This document shows positions 9,249-17,206 of a DNA stretch of 32,000 nt, piece by piece. The notes beneath the pieces are model-generated. The model saw only the letters and a list, made by a program, of their open reading frames with translations. It made no database searches and had not been told where the DNA came from. Position 1 is the first letter of the stretch. Each line of letters begins with the position of its first letter. The position numbers were made by a program, and so were the translations under genes. This stretch comes from Candidatus Lokiarchaeum ossiferum (lineage in GTDB: Archaea > Asgardarchaeota > Lokiarchaeia > Sigyniarchaeales > Promethearchaeaceae): positions 2,040,001 to 2,072,000 of the forward strand of contig CP104013.1 of the NCBI GenBank assembly GCA_025839675.1, written 5' to 3'.

Positions 9249-9911
9249 ATGAATCGTTGTGAATTTATCTATAATGCCGCCATGACTATAGATGGAAAAA
9301 TTGCCACTCGGGAAGGAGACTCGCAACTTTCCGATGAGTTGGATTGGAAGGAAGTCCATGCCATCAGGAGGGATGTAGATGCAATTATGGTCGGAATCAC
9401 GACAGTCCAACAAGATGATCCCAAATTAACAGTCAAGTTTTACGGGCCTTTAAAAAAATATCCCACTCGTATTATTATTGATAGCCGAGGGAAAATACCT
9501 ATAAATGCGAGAGTGATTAACTTTGAAAAGGATAAATATCCCACATTAATTGCGACCACCACCCATATAGACCCAAAAAAGAAGGAACAGTTGATTCAGA
9601 AAGGAGTGACTGTCATCGAAGCGGGAATAAATCAACACGTTGATCTCTTGTTATTAGCCAAAAAGTTATGGGAATTAGGCATCAAGAAAGTACTCTTAGA
9701 AGGAGGGGGAACTTTGGCTTGGGGATTATTGGAACAAGATCTCATTGATGAAATTAGATTATTTGTAGCTCCATTTTTAACCGGTGGAAAAAAAGCCACG
9801 AGCTTGATTATGGGGGAAGGATTTCCAAAAATACTTTCCTCCCGAAAATTCAATTTGGTAGACCTCAAGAGCCGAAATTCGAATGTTATAGTAAAATATT
9901 CTCGTAAATAG
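9249..9911 (+). CDS. RibD C-terminal-domain reductase (archaeal-type 2,5-diamino-6-ribosylamino-4(3H)-pyrimidinone 5'-phosphate reductase-like)
   Basis: The track ORF starts at 9009 but overlaps sdaAB antisense. The internal ATG at 9249 gives MNRCEFIYNAAMTIDGKIATREGDSQLSD...IMVGITTVQQDDPKLTV...LLEGGGTLAWGLL...DEIRLFVAP, which is the RibD_C/DHFR-like pattern at the usual length of about 220 aa. Confidence 0.75.
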   Translation: MNRCEFIYNAAMTIDGKIATREGDSQLSDELDWKEVHAIRRDVDAIMVGITTVQQDDPKLTVKFYGPLKKYPTRIIIDSRGKIPINARVINFEKDKYPTLIATTTHIDPKKKEQLIQKGVTVIEAGINQHVDLLLLAKKLWELGIKKVLLEGGGTLAWGLLEQDLIDEIRLFVAPFLTGGKKATSLIMGEGFPKILSSRKFNLVDLKSRNSNVIVKYSRK

Positions 9912-9928
9912 AAAAGAAATAAAAAAAC

Positions 9929-10411
9929 TTATGAACGTTTCAAGTGATGATCCCAGAGACCATCTTTTTTCCCTTGTAATTCATATGTCGCTAAGAGATC
10001 ATTTGCTGCATCTTCTTCTTCTACTTGCTCTTTGACATACCAATTTAGAAATTCGATAGAAGGGTAATCTTTAGTTGATTGGGCGAGATCCATCAATTCA
10101 TGAATTTTGCTTGTAATAAATTGCTCATGACCAATAGACAACTTAATGGTTTCTTCGGTGTTTTCAAATTCCGATTTTACTGCTTCCAAGGTACCTAATT
10201 CCACGTGTCCACCGCGTTCGGTAATGAATTTCATAAATTTCTCTGCATGCGCAAATTCTTCTTTGGCTTGCAGATGCATCCAGCTTGCATAGTGATGCAT
10301 TGAACGTTCTTCCGCCCACCGGGAAATACCTAAATAGATGTAAGCAGAATGTAATTCTTCCACGATCTGCTTATTCATTGCAGATTCCATTTCTTTACTT
10401 AATTTTGACAT
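9929..10411 (-). CDS. ftn: ferritin
   Basis: 160 aa. The sequence NKQIVEELHSAYIYLGISRWAEE...QAKEEFAHAEKFMKFITERGG...HEQ contains the ferroxidase-centre Glu/His pattern of non-haem ferritins. Confidence 0.85.
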   Translation of the reverse strand: MSKLSKEMESAMNKQIVEELHSAYIYLGISRWAEERSMHHYASWMHLQAKEEFAHAEKFMKFITERGGHVELGTLEAVKSEFENTEETIKLSIGHEQFITSKIHELMDLAQSTKDYPSIEFLNWYVKEQVEEEDAANDLLATYELQGKKDGLWDHHLKRS

Positions 10412-10420
10412 AATATCACT

Positions 10421-10438
10421 TCTAATCCAATGATTAGA
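10421..10438. promoter_or_regulatory. 7-4-7 inverted repeat TCTAATC-CAAT-GATTAGA just upstream of the ferritin start; candidate operator
   Basis: Read directly. It lies 10-27 nt upstream of the ferritin ATG (10409-10411, minus strand). A TATA-like AGTATATC (minus-strand sense) lies immediately beyond it. Confidence 0.3.
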
Positions 10439-10649
10439 TATACTTCAATTAAAAACTTACAATTACGTAAAGAAAGAAATTTGGTTAGAATTCTTATTTT
10501 TTGTTAGGAAATTGGATCAAAAAATGATAAGACTTATTTTAGACAATTAAAACGGAGAATTTTTTGATGTCTTAAAAGCTAAAATTTCAAAAAAAAAGGA
10601 AGGTTAATAGAGTTATATAATTTTATCTTTAAAAATTCTGTGAGTAATT

Positions 10650-11024
10650 ATGTATTCTGACAAAGTTATGGATCATTTCCGAAAACCCCGTAATGCAGGT
10701 GTGATTGAAAATCCGGATGCTGTAGGAGAAGTTGGTAACCCTGCATGCGGTGATGTTATGAAGATTTATTTAAAAATTAACAAGGACGAAATTATTAATG
10801 AAATTAAATTTCAAACCTTTGGTTGTGCCTCAGCTATTGCATGTTCATCAATGGTGACGGAACTTGCTATAAATAAGCATATTGATGTTGCCGAAAAGAT
10901 ATCTCGCAAAGATATTGCAGATGCATTGGATGGTTTACCTGCACCAAAAATGCATTGTTCTAATTTGGGAGCTGATGCACTTCAAGAAGCTATCAAAAAC
11001 TATCGTTCAAGCAAACAATCTTGA
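10650..11024 (+). CDS. iscU: IscU/NifU-like Fe-S cluster assembly scaffold
   Basis: 124 aa. The three cluster-ligand cysteine contexts are present: GNPACGDVM, FQTFGCASAIACSS and KMHCSNLGADAL. Confidence 0.9.
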   Translation: MYSDKVMDHFRKPRNAGVIENPDAVGEVGNPACGDVMKIYLKINKDEIINEIKFQTFGCASAIACSSMVTELAINKHIDVAEKISRKDIADALDGLPAPKMHCSNLGADALQEAIKNYRSSKQS

Positions 11025-11039
11025 TATTTTCTCTTTTTA

Positions 11040-12953
11040 TTACTTATTCTCATCAAATAAAAATTCAAAGAACCAACCGCTTTCTTCTGCAGTAACCTTC
11101 ACACTGTAACCACAATTTTTTATGATATGTTCCATGGCTTTATTTTCCCACATTATTTCTCCATTAAAACCAGCCAATTCTTTTTCTTTGGCAATTCTAA
11201 TCAATTGCTGCAGCATATAAGTGGTGAGACCTTTGTTTCTCCATTCATTATGAACAGTAAAAGCAATTTCAGCAAGATTCTTGGTAGAATTCTTTTCATA
11301 ACTGCATAAAGCCACCGCCTTCTCGTGCCCAACTTCCCCAACTACACCAATTAGACCTAATATATTTTCATAATCCATTAAGATATCCATTTGAACATCT
11401 GGACGTTCAAAATATTTCTTTTTCCTAAAAAATCGATAGATACGACTTTCTTCATCCAGTGAATAATAGAGATCTTGTACCAGTCGTTCATCAGTGGGGA
11501 GAATCGGGCGAAAATGGACTTCGAGGATGTCATCAATCATGAAGACAGAGCGATATTTTTCAGGATAAATGATCACGTGCCCTGTTGCATCAGTGGCTAA
11601 CTGTTGGTCAGAGTAACAATAATTAAGTTTCTTCGCTTCATCCAACAACCACTTCCTAAATTTAGGATGAGCAATAGATATTAAAGCAAGAGCCCTTTCC
11701 CGAATATTTTTTCCATATAACTGGGCAATACCATATTCAGTCACAACATAATGAACATCTGCCATTGTTAAGGAAACATGAGATCCAGAAATAAGTGTTG
11801 GAACAATCCGAGATAAACTACCCCCAATAGCTGTAGAAGGAAAACAAATAATGGGCATCCCACGCTTTGAGTATGAAGCACCTCGACTAAAATCAACTAA
11901 ACCCCCAATTCCAGAATAAAATATTGGCCCAATCGAATCCGCATTGATCTGTCCCATCAAATCTACGCTGATTGCTCCATTGATTGTTGTCATCTGATGA
12001 TTCTTTGCAATCAACAGGGGATTATTCGTATAATTGGCGGGTTGAAATTCGATCCCCAAATTGTCATCCACATAATCAAACAGTTTTTTTGTCCCTAAAC
12101 CGAAACAAGCCACAGATCTCCCAGGGGAAACGGTTTTCAATTTATTAGTCACAGCACCTTGCTCAATTAAATCCACGAAACCATCAAAAAAACTGTCGGA
12201 ATGAATCCCCAAATTTTTATGATCTATTAACTCGTTCAATACGGCATGAGGAACATCACCCAACCCCACTTGAATTGTGGAACCATTGCGAATTAACGAG
12301 GCCACATTTTTAGCTATTTTGCAAGTGGTCTCATCTGGTGTTTTATGCTTATATTCTAAAAGTGGTTTTTCATTATAGACAAAATGATCGATCTTGCTCA
12401 TATGAACAAATGAGTTGCCGTGCACTCTGGGAACAAAGGGATTCACCTCTGCAATCACTAATTCGGCTTCTTCCATGATAGGTTTAGCAACATCAACATT
12501 CACACCCAAGGAACAATAATCATTCTTATCTGGGGGTGAAACTTGAATTAAAGCCACATCAATTGATTTTCGACCGGAATGAAATAAAGCAGGGATATCA
12601 GATAATCCCATTGGAGTGTAATCCGCTTGCCCTGAATTTACAGCATCCCGAATAGATTGTTCTCCCAAAAAAAAGGCATTATATCGAAACAAATCTTGAG
12701 GTTTATGTTTTAGTATTTTTTGATTATTGGAATAAATGGATAAAAAGTGATGAATCTCAATATCTTTCAAATATTGATGTTGGCGATACAATTCCGAGGT
12801 CAACTTTTGAGGTTGAGAACATCCAGAATGGATAAATAATTTATTGCCAGGTTTTAATAACTTAATGGCATCTTGAGGAGTAATTTCTTTGTGACCGAAG
12901 TTATTATACCATCGGGCAAGATTTTGCCACACTTCACTTTTCTTATTTTCCAT
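11040..12953 (-). CDS. acetyl-CoA hydrolase/transferase family protein fused to a C-terminal GNAT acetyltransferase domain
   Basis: 637 aa. The first ~450 aa resemble 4-hydroxybutyrate/acetyl-CoA CoA-transferases (GxGGxxDF-type motif in FYSGIGGLVDFSRGA). The last ~150 aa carry the GNAT core (VHNEWRNKGLTTYMLQQLIRIAKE). Confidence 0.8.
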   Translation of the reverse strand: MENKKSEVWQNLARWYNNFGHKEITPQDAIKLLKPGNKLFIHSGCSQPQKLTSELYRQHQYLKDIEIHHFLSIYSNNQKILKHKPQDLFRYNAFFLGEQSIRDAVNSGQADYTPMGLSDIPALFHSGRKSIDVALIQVSPPDKNDYCSLGVNVDVAKPIMEEAELVIAEVNPFVPRVHGNSFVHMSKIDHFVYNEKPLLEYKHKTPDETTCKIAKNVASLIRNGSTIQVGLGDVPHAVLNELIDHKNLGIHSDSFFDGFVDLIEQGAVTNKLKTVSPGRSVACFGLGTKKLFDYVDDNLGIEFQPANYTNNPLLIAKNHQMTTINGAISVDLMGQINADSIGPIFYSGIGGLVDFSRGASYSKRGMPIICFPSTAIGGSLSRIVPTLISGSHVSLTMADVHYVVTEYGIAQLYGKNIRERALALISIAHPKFRKWLLDEAKKLNYCYSDQQLATDATGHVIIYPEKYRSVFMIDDILEVHFRPILPTDERLVQDLYYSLDEESRIYRFFRKKKYFERPDVQMDILMDYENILGLIGVVGEVGHEKAVALCSYEKNSTKNLAEIAFTVHNEWRNKGLTTYMLQQLIRIAKEKELAGFNGEIMWENKAMEHIIKNCGYSVKVTAEESGWFFEFLFDENK

Positions 12954-13111
12954 TCTTGCATAGAATTAGTTTTTTTTAGATAAAAATTTTCTTTTAAGTG
13001 AATAGCAATGAACTGGTTTTATTTACCATAACTAATTCATTGAAAATCCTTATTTAGAAAAAGAAAAAAGGTTAATTTGGGTCCGAATAGATCTTATTCG
13101 TTGAATTTTAC

Positions 13112-14296
13112 ATGGAAGATAAGATTTATTTAGACAATGCAGCGACTACACGTTGCCATGAAGATGTACTGAAAGAAATGATACCTTATTTTACAGATAT
13201 ATATGGAAATGCTTCTTCACTTCATACAATGGGCCAAGAAGCCAGAAAAATCATCGAAAATGCCCGTGCTAGAATTGCAAAATACTTGAATGCTAATCCA
13301 AACGAGATCATTTTTACTGGAAGTGGTACAGAATCAGACAATATAGCCATCTTAGGAACTGCCCGCAAACTTAAATCACGCGGAAATCATTTAATTACTT
13401 CAAATATCGAACACCCAGCAGTTCGAAATACGTTCCACCATTTACAAAGAGAAGGGTTCGAAATAACTGAAGTTCCAATATCCCCAAATGGGACAGTCTC
13501 AGTTAAAGATGTAGAAGATGCAATCCGTCCAGAAACAATTTTCATTTCAATTATGTATGCGAATAATGAAATAGGGTCAATCCAACCTATTGAAGAAATC
13601 GCAAAACTTGCAGATGACCGTGATATCATTTTTCACACTGATGCAGTCCAAGCTCTGGGAAAATTAAGATTGGATCTGAAAAATTCTCACATTCATTTAT
13701 TAAGTGCATCAGCTCATAAAATAATGGGTCCGAAAGGTGTTGGGCTATTGTATTTTAAAAATAAATGTCGGCATCCAAAGTTAGGTAAATTTTTAGAACC
13801 AATTACTTATGGAGGAGGGCATGAAGGAGGATACCGGTCTGCAACAGAAAATGTTCCAGGTATAGTAGGATTTGCTAAAGCCATTGAAATCGCCTACAAT
13901 GATTTGGAAGCGGAACAAACCCGAGAAAAAAAAATTCGCGATGATTTTATAACTTGGGTACTCACAAACATCCCAGAATCCTATCTGAATGGATCCCAAG
14001 AAAACCGATTAGCAAATAATATTAACCTCGGTTTTAGATATATTGAAGGCGAATCCCTTCTATTATATCTTAATGATGAAGGTTTTGAAGTTTCCACAGG
14101 ATCAGCATGCTCTTCACATTCATTAGAACCTTCCCATGTACTATTAGCTTTAGGGTTGGAAAAGGCAGAGGCTCATGGATCATTGCGAATCACCCTTGGA
14201 AGAGATGTAAATCAAGCAGATATGAACAATTTAAAGCCAGTTCTCAAACAAGTCGTTGAAAACTTGCGAAAACTTTCTCCTTTAGCACCACATTAA
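13112..14296 (+). CDS. iscS: cysteine desulfurase (NifS/IscS class, PLP-dependent)
   Basis: 394 aa. IYLDNAATT lies at the N-terminus. The PLP lysine lies in SASAHKIMGPKGVG and the catalytic Cys in STGSACSS. Confidence 0.9.
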   Translation: MEDKIYLDNAATTRCHEDVLKEMIPYFTDIYGNASSLHTMGQEARKIIENARARIAKYLNANPNEIIFTGSGTESDNIAILGTARKLKSRGNHLITSNIEHPAVRNTFHHLQREGFEITEVPISPNGTVSVKDVEDAIRPETIFISIMYANNEIGSIQPIEEIAKLADDRDIIFHTDAVQALGKLRLDLKNSHIHLLSASAHKIMGPKGVGLLYFKNKCRHPKLGKFLEPITYGGGHEGGYRSATENVPGIVGFAKAIEIAYNDLEAEQTREKKIRDDFITWVLTNIPESYLNGSQENRLANNINLGFRYIEGESLLLYLNDEGFEVSTGSACSSHSLEPSHVLLALGLEKAEAHGSLRITLGRDVNQADMNNLKPVLKQVVENLRKLSPLAPH

Positions 14297-14689
14297 TTGA
14301 TTGGTAAGCTGAATTTTTTTCTAGTTTCATTTCCTCAAGGAGAATATTTTTTTAGTCATGTTTTAACGATCGTTATAGGATTAAATATCCTTTTGATTCT
14401 AATTGGAACTTATATTCCTTTTATGAAGAATACACGCTCGATGATGAATTCAAATGATAACCAACGAATTAATAATCAAAAAAGGAAGATTTTTCTGAAA
14501 ATTGGAATGAAATATATAGATATTGTAGGAATTTTCCCTTTAATGTTGATCCCGTTTATTTTCTTCAATGATGTAGAATCCATTGGGATTTTTTTGGGAA
14601 TCGCAGCAATTTTCGCAACATGTTCCATAGGTAGTGACATATATCAATATCGAGGCAAGATAGAAAAAGAAACAATTGTTAAATCCTAA
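14297..14689 (+). CDS. hypothetical small membrane protein; start uncertain
   Basis: The ORF abuts the iscS stop and begins with TTG. The first in-frame ATG is at codon 43. There are about 3 hydrophobic helices. No family recognised. Confidence 0.3.
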   Translation: MIGKLNFFLVSFPQGEYFFSHVLTIVIGLNILLILIGTYIPFMKNTRSMMNSNDNQRINNQKRKIFLKIGMKYIDIVGIFPLMLIPFIFFNDVESIGIFLGIAAIFATCSIGSDIYQYRGKIEKETIVKS

Positions 14690-14747
14690 TGGATTCTTTG
14701 AATACTTCATCAAATTTCTTATTTTTTATTTGTTTTTTATATTTTAA

Positions 14748-14778
14748 TTGTGCATAATTAGTGCACAAACTTTATATA
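14748..14778 (+). promoter_or_regulatory. inverted repeat TTGTGCA-N7-TGCACAA (14748-14768) abutting the TATA box TTTATATA (14771-14778); promoter of the Sec-containing ORF
   Basis: Read directly. The TATA box ends 23 nt before GTG 14802, which fits archaeal TATA-to-TSS spacing and implies a leaderless or near-leaderless mRNA. Confidence 0.45.
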
Positions 14779-14801
14779 TCATTTTCACTGATCAATACTT
14801 A

Positions 14802-15104
14802 GTGATACCCTTGAAAGTAACAAAGAAAGCTCAAGAATATATGCAAGAACAATCGAAGCAATTTGAAAATCCGGCTTTGGTAGTGTTCGAACGTGTCTAT
14901 CGTGGATGATGTGGCACGGAAAAAGTCAATACAGTCGTTATTGCAGATCAAAAACAAATCGGAGATAAAAATGCTTTTGAAGAGAAAAAAATGGAAAATC
15001 TTGAATTTCCATTATTCTTGGATAAGAATCTCATCGGTTTATGGGATCGAACCAAAGTCGATCTCGTTGGTTGGTCTAGCTTCAAACGATTAGCATTAGT
15101 ATAG
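14802..15104 (+). CDS. HesB/IscA-like small selenoprotein candidate (in-frame TGA = Sec at 14907-14909, G-U-C-G motif)
   Basis: Not in the track. The frame starting at 14802 reads VIPLKVTKKAQEYMQEQSKQFENPALVVFERVYRG[TGA]CGTEKVNTVVIADQKQIGDKNAFEEKKMENLEFPLFLDKNLIGLWDRTKVDLVGWSSFKRLALV, then TAG at 15102-15104. By eye it aligns to A-type carriers (E. coli IscA ITLSDSAA...RLGVRTSGCSGMAYVLEF...[26 protein letters not shown]), with U-C at the GCSG cysteine position. There is no canonical start codon for 27 codons after the TGA. A SECIS-like hairpin lies in the 3'UTR. Confidence 0.6.
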
Positions 15105-15113
15105 ACTCTAAAA

Positions 15114-15179
15114 CTCAGAGGAATGACACAAATTCGTAAACCTTGGAATTTGTTGACACCTATGCCATAGGATTCTGAG
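15114..15179 (+). promoter_or_regulatory. SECIS-like 3'UTR stem-loop with an AUGA...AAA...GA (kink-turn type) core
   Basis: Helix I is CTCAGA (15114-15119) paired with TCTGAG (15174-15179). ATGA (15123-15126) sits opposite GA (15155-15156). Helix II is ACAAATTC (15128-15135) paired with GAATTTGT (15146-15153). The 10-nt apical loop GTAAACCTTG contains AAA. A side hairpin CCTAT-GCC-ATAGG lies at 15159-15171. The element starts 10 nt after the TAG and is followed by T6 (15190-15195). Confidence 0.5.
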
Positions 15180-15193
15180 CACAATCCCCTTTT

Positions 15194-16096
15194 TTATAGC
15201 ATTTCATGCATGGAACCACTTTTAAATCCATGTAAATCAATTGTGACGTACGTAAACCCAAATTTTTTTAGTTGAGATACGATTTTTTGTTGAAATCCCC
15301 TCTTTATAATTTGTTGATGAATCTCATTTTCACATTCAATGCGACCTAACAAATTAGTTGTTGGATGGAGTACATGAAGCCTTACACGAAGAGGACTATG
15401 ATCATTTTTCAGAAGAGTCCGTATAAATTGCTCACTTTGATCAATTTGAGCAAGAATCTGTGGAGTTAGGGGAACGTTGAAGGGTACCCGTGATGCCAGA
15501 CATGCTTGAGAAGGGATATCCTTTGATGGTAAATTAAGAATTTGACTAATTTGAATGATTTCTGCTTTTGAGAGTTCGGCTTCAGCTAGAGGAGACCGCA
15601 CAGGAGTTTCCTTTAATGCTTTCAATCCAGCGCGTGTAGTCGATAAATCGGAGAAATTCGTACCATCAACAACCAGATCAAATTGACGTTGTTCAGCCAA
15701 AGTTAAGAGAATTTTTAATATTTGCTGCTTACAGAAATAGCATCTTGCTTCTGAATTCTGGGCAATATCAGGAATTGCCAAGGTATTCACCTCAATTATT
15801 TCAAGCGTTAATGATAATTCTTTACTAAATTTCTGGGCTTGTAAAAACTCTTGTTGAGGAGTGGTGGGAGCTTTAATTAATACTACTAAAACTTTTTGTG
15901 CAAATTCCTTTGCAAGAAAAGCAAGAAAAGTACTATCGATTCCACCAGAGAAAGCAACAATAACCTTTTGATCCTTAAACATGGCTTGTATAATATCAAT
16001 TTTTTTCCATAAATCTTTTGTAAATTTATTACGATCTAATTGTGAGCTAACCATTATCCCTACTTCCATTGAACAATTGGTGCTAAAAAAGCGCAT
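15194..16096 (-). CDS. PP-loop ATP pyrophosphatase, LarE-like sulfur transferase family (TIGR00268-type) with a putative Fe-S-binding Cys triad
   Basis: The SGGxDS PP-loop is present in VIVAFSGGIDSTFLA. A CxxC lies in EARCYFCKQQ and a third Cys in SQACLASRVP. The true start may be Met10 (16069) or Met15 (16054) of the track ORF. Confidence 0.8.
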   Translation of the reverse strand: MRFFSTNCSMEVGIMVSSQLDRNKFTKDLWKKIDIIQAMFKDQKVIVAFSGGIDSTFLAFLAKEFAQKVLVVLIKAPTTPQQEFLQAQKFSKELSLTLEIIEVNTLAIPDIAQNSEARCYFCKQQILKILLTLAEQRQFDLVVDGTNFSDLSTTRAGLKALKETPVRSPLAEAELSKAEIIQISQILNLPSKDIPSQACLASRVPFNVPLTPQILAQIDQSEQFIRTLLKNDHSPLRVRLHVLHPTTNLLGRIECENEIHQQIIKRGFQQKIVSQLKKFGFTYVTIDLHGFKSGSMHEML

Positions 16097-16137
16097 CGAA
16101 TATATTTCATAAATTCATAAGTTATCATGAACCAATA

Positions 16138-17022
16138 TTGTTGAATCAAAAATCAAAAGAAGAACTTTTTCCTATTTTTCGTCATGCTTGGGAAGCGATA
16201 CTTGTCCTCCTAGTCCTTTATTTTCTAGTGATGTTCATTCCAGCGGGATTAGTCTATCTTATTCCTTTAGAAGAATTGACTAACCCCGAACTGATTACTT
16301 TTAGTATCAGGTTTGTTTTCCTAAGTCTCTATTTCTTTGTTTTGTGGCCAAAATTTCGTTACCCTAAAAACTATAGCCAAATATCTGAATATTTAGAAAA
16401 AATTCTTCTAAAAAAACCTAATCATTCGTGGGAATTGAGATTAGGTCTCATGACTGCAGGAATAACCCTTTGTTGTTCCTTCATCGCTGTCTTGTTGACT
16501 GGAGCTTTTATTTTAGATTTTTCTACAATATTACCGCCAACATCATGGTATATTTTAACTTCCTTAATCCCGGGAATTTTTGAAGAGATTTGTTTTCGAG
16601 GAATCCTTCTATCAATATTTCTAAAAACACCGCGAGGAAATCCTAAAAACGCAATTATTGCATCATCAATTATATTTGGCTTATTTCATTTCACAAATTT
16701 GCTCACAGCCCTTTCTGTTTATACAATTATTCAAGCAATTATTTCAATCTTCGGTGGAATTATGTTTGCATATCTAACAATCAAAACCAATAGTATTTTT
16801 CCCGCAATGATAAGTCATTATCTTATTGATGTGTTCGCCCCTCTTGTTTTTAATGCACCTGAAGCTAATTTGATTCTATACGGAGGGCTCTTAGTAATTA
16901 TCGGTTTTCTACTGAGCACCATTCTAAATATTAAAATAATTGATTATTTTATAAATAAAAGAGATCAAAATTCTTCCATCAACACCCATTTTGAAACATC
17001 TGATGAGAAAAGTGGAATTTAA
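16138..17022 (+). CDS. CPBP (CAAX protease/bacteriocin-processing) family intramembrane metalloprotease
   Basis: Polytopic protein with the three family motifs: PGIFEEICFRG (EExxxR), IIFGLFHF (FxxxH) and MISHYLIDV (HxxxD). The track start is TTG, so the start is uncertain. Confidence 0.8.
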   Translation: MLNQKSKEELFPIFRHAWEAILVLLVLYFLVMFIPAGLVYLIPLEELTNPELITFSIRFVFLSLYFFVLWPKFRYPKNYSQISEYLEKILLKKPNHSWELRLGLMTAGITLCCSFIAVLLTGAFILDFSTILPPTSWYILTSLIPGIFEEICFRGILLSIFLKTPRGNPKNAIIASSIIFGLFHFTNLLTALSVYTIIQAIISIFGGIMFAYLTIKTNSIFPAMISHYLIDVFAPLVFNAPEANLILYGGLLVIIGFLLSTILNIKIIDYFINKRDQNSSINTHFETSDEKSGI

Positions 17023-17206
17023 AATAGCAAAAAGCTATGAAAATTTAATTAATGGAACTGCTACAACCGAGATAAAACTTCCAAAAAAGATTATCAGCAT
17101 TCAAGCACCTGAATTTCAATCTATTACCCTAAAAAAGTTAGATTCTTTCCTTAAAGAGCGGGACGTGCAATTTACGGAGCGGATGAAGGAATTGGGAGTA
17201 AAATAA
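17003..17206 (+). CDS. hypothetical small soluble protein (67 aa from ATG 17003), uncertain
   Basis: The ORF overlaps the CPBP gene end by 20 nt in another frame. Translation: MRKVEFKIAKSYENLINGTATTEIKLPKKIISIQAPEFQSITLKKLDSFLKERDVQFTERMKELGVK. No family recognised. Confidence 0.3.
   Translation: MRKVEFKIAKSYENLINGTATTEIKLPKKIISIQAPEFQSITLKKLDSFLKERDVQFTERMKELGVK

Noticed and set aside
14893-15184. Track ORFs 14893..15093 (+, 66 aa) and 14948..15184 (-, 78 aa)
   Set aside because: Both have Lys/Ser/Ile-rich off-frame-looking composition and alternative start codons. The third frame, read through one TGA, gives an IscA-like protein, and the minus-strand ORF runs through the SECIS-like hairpin. 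I treat both as shadows of the selenoprotein candidate.
16991-17022. Possible programmed frameshift joining the CPBP protease ORF to the overlapping 17003..17206 ORF
   Set aside because: I saw no slippery heptamer or stimulatory structure at the overlap. The CPBP protein is already full length with all three motifs. I keep the downstream ORF only as a low-confidence separate gene.
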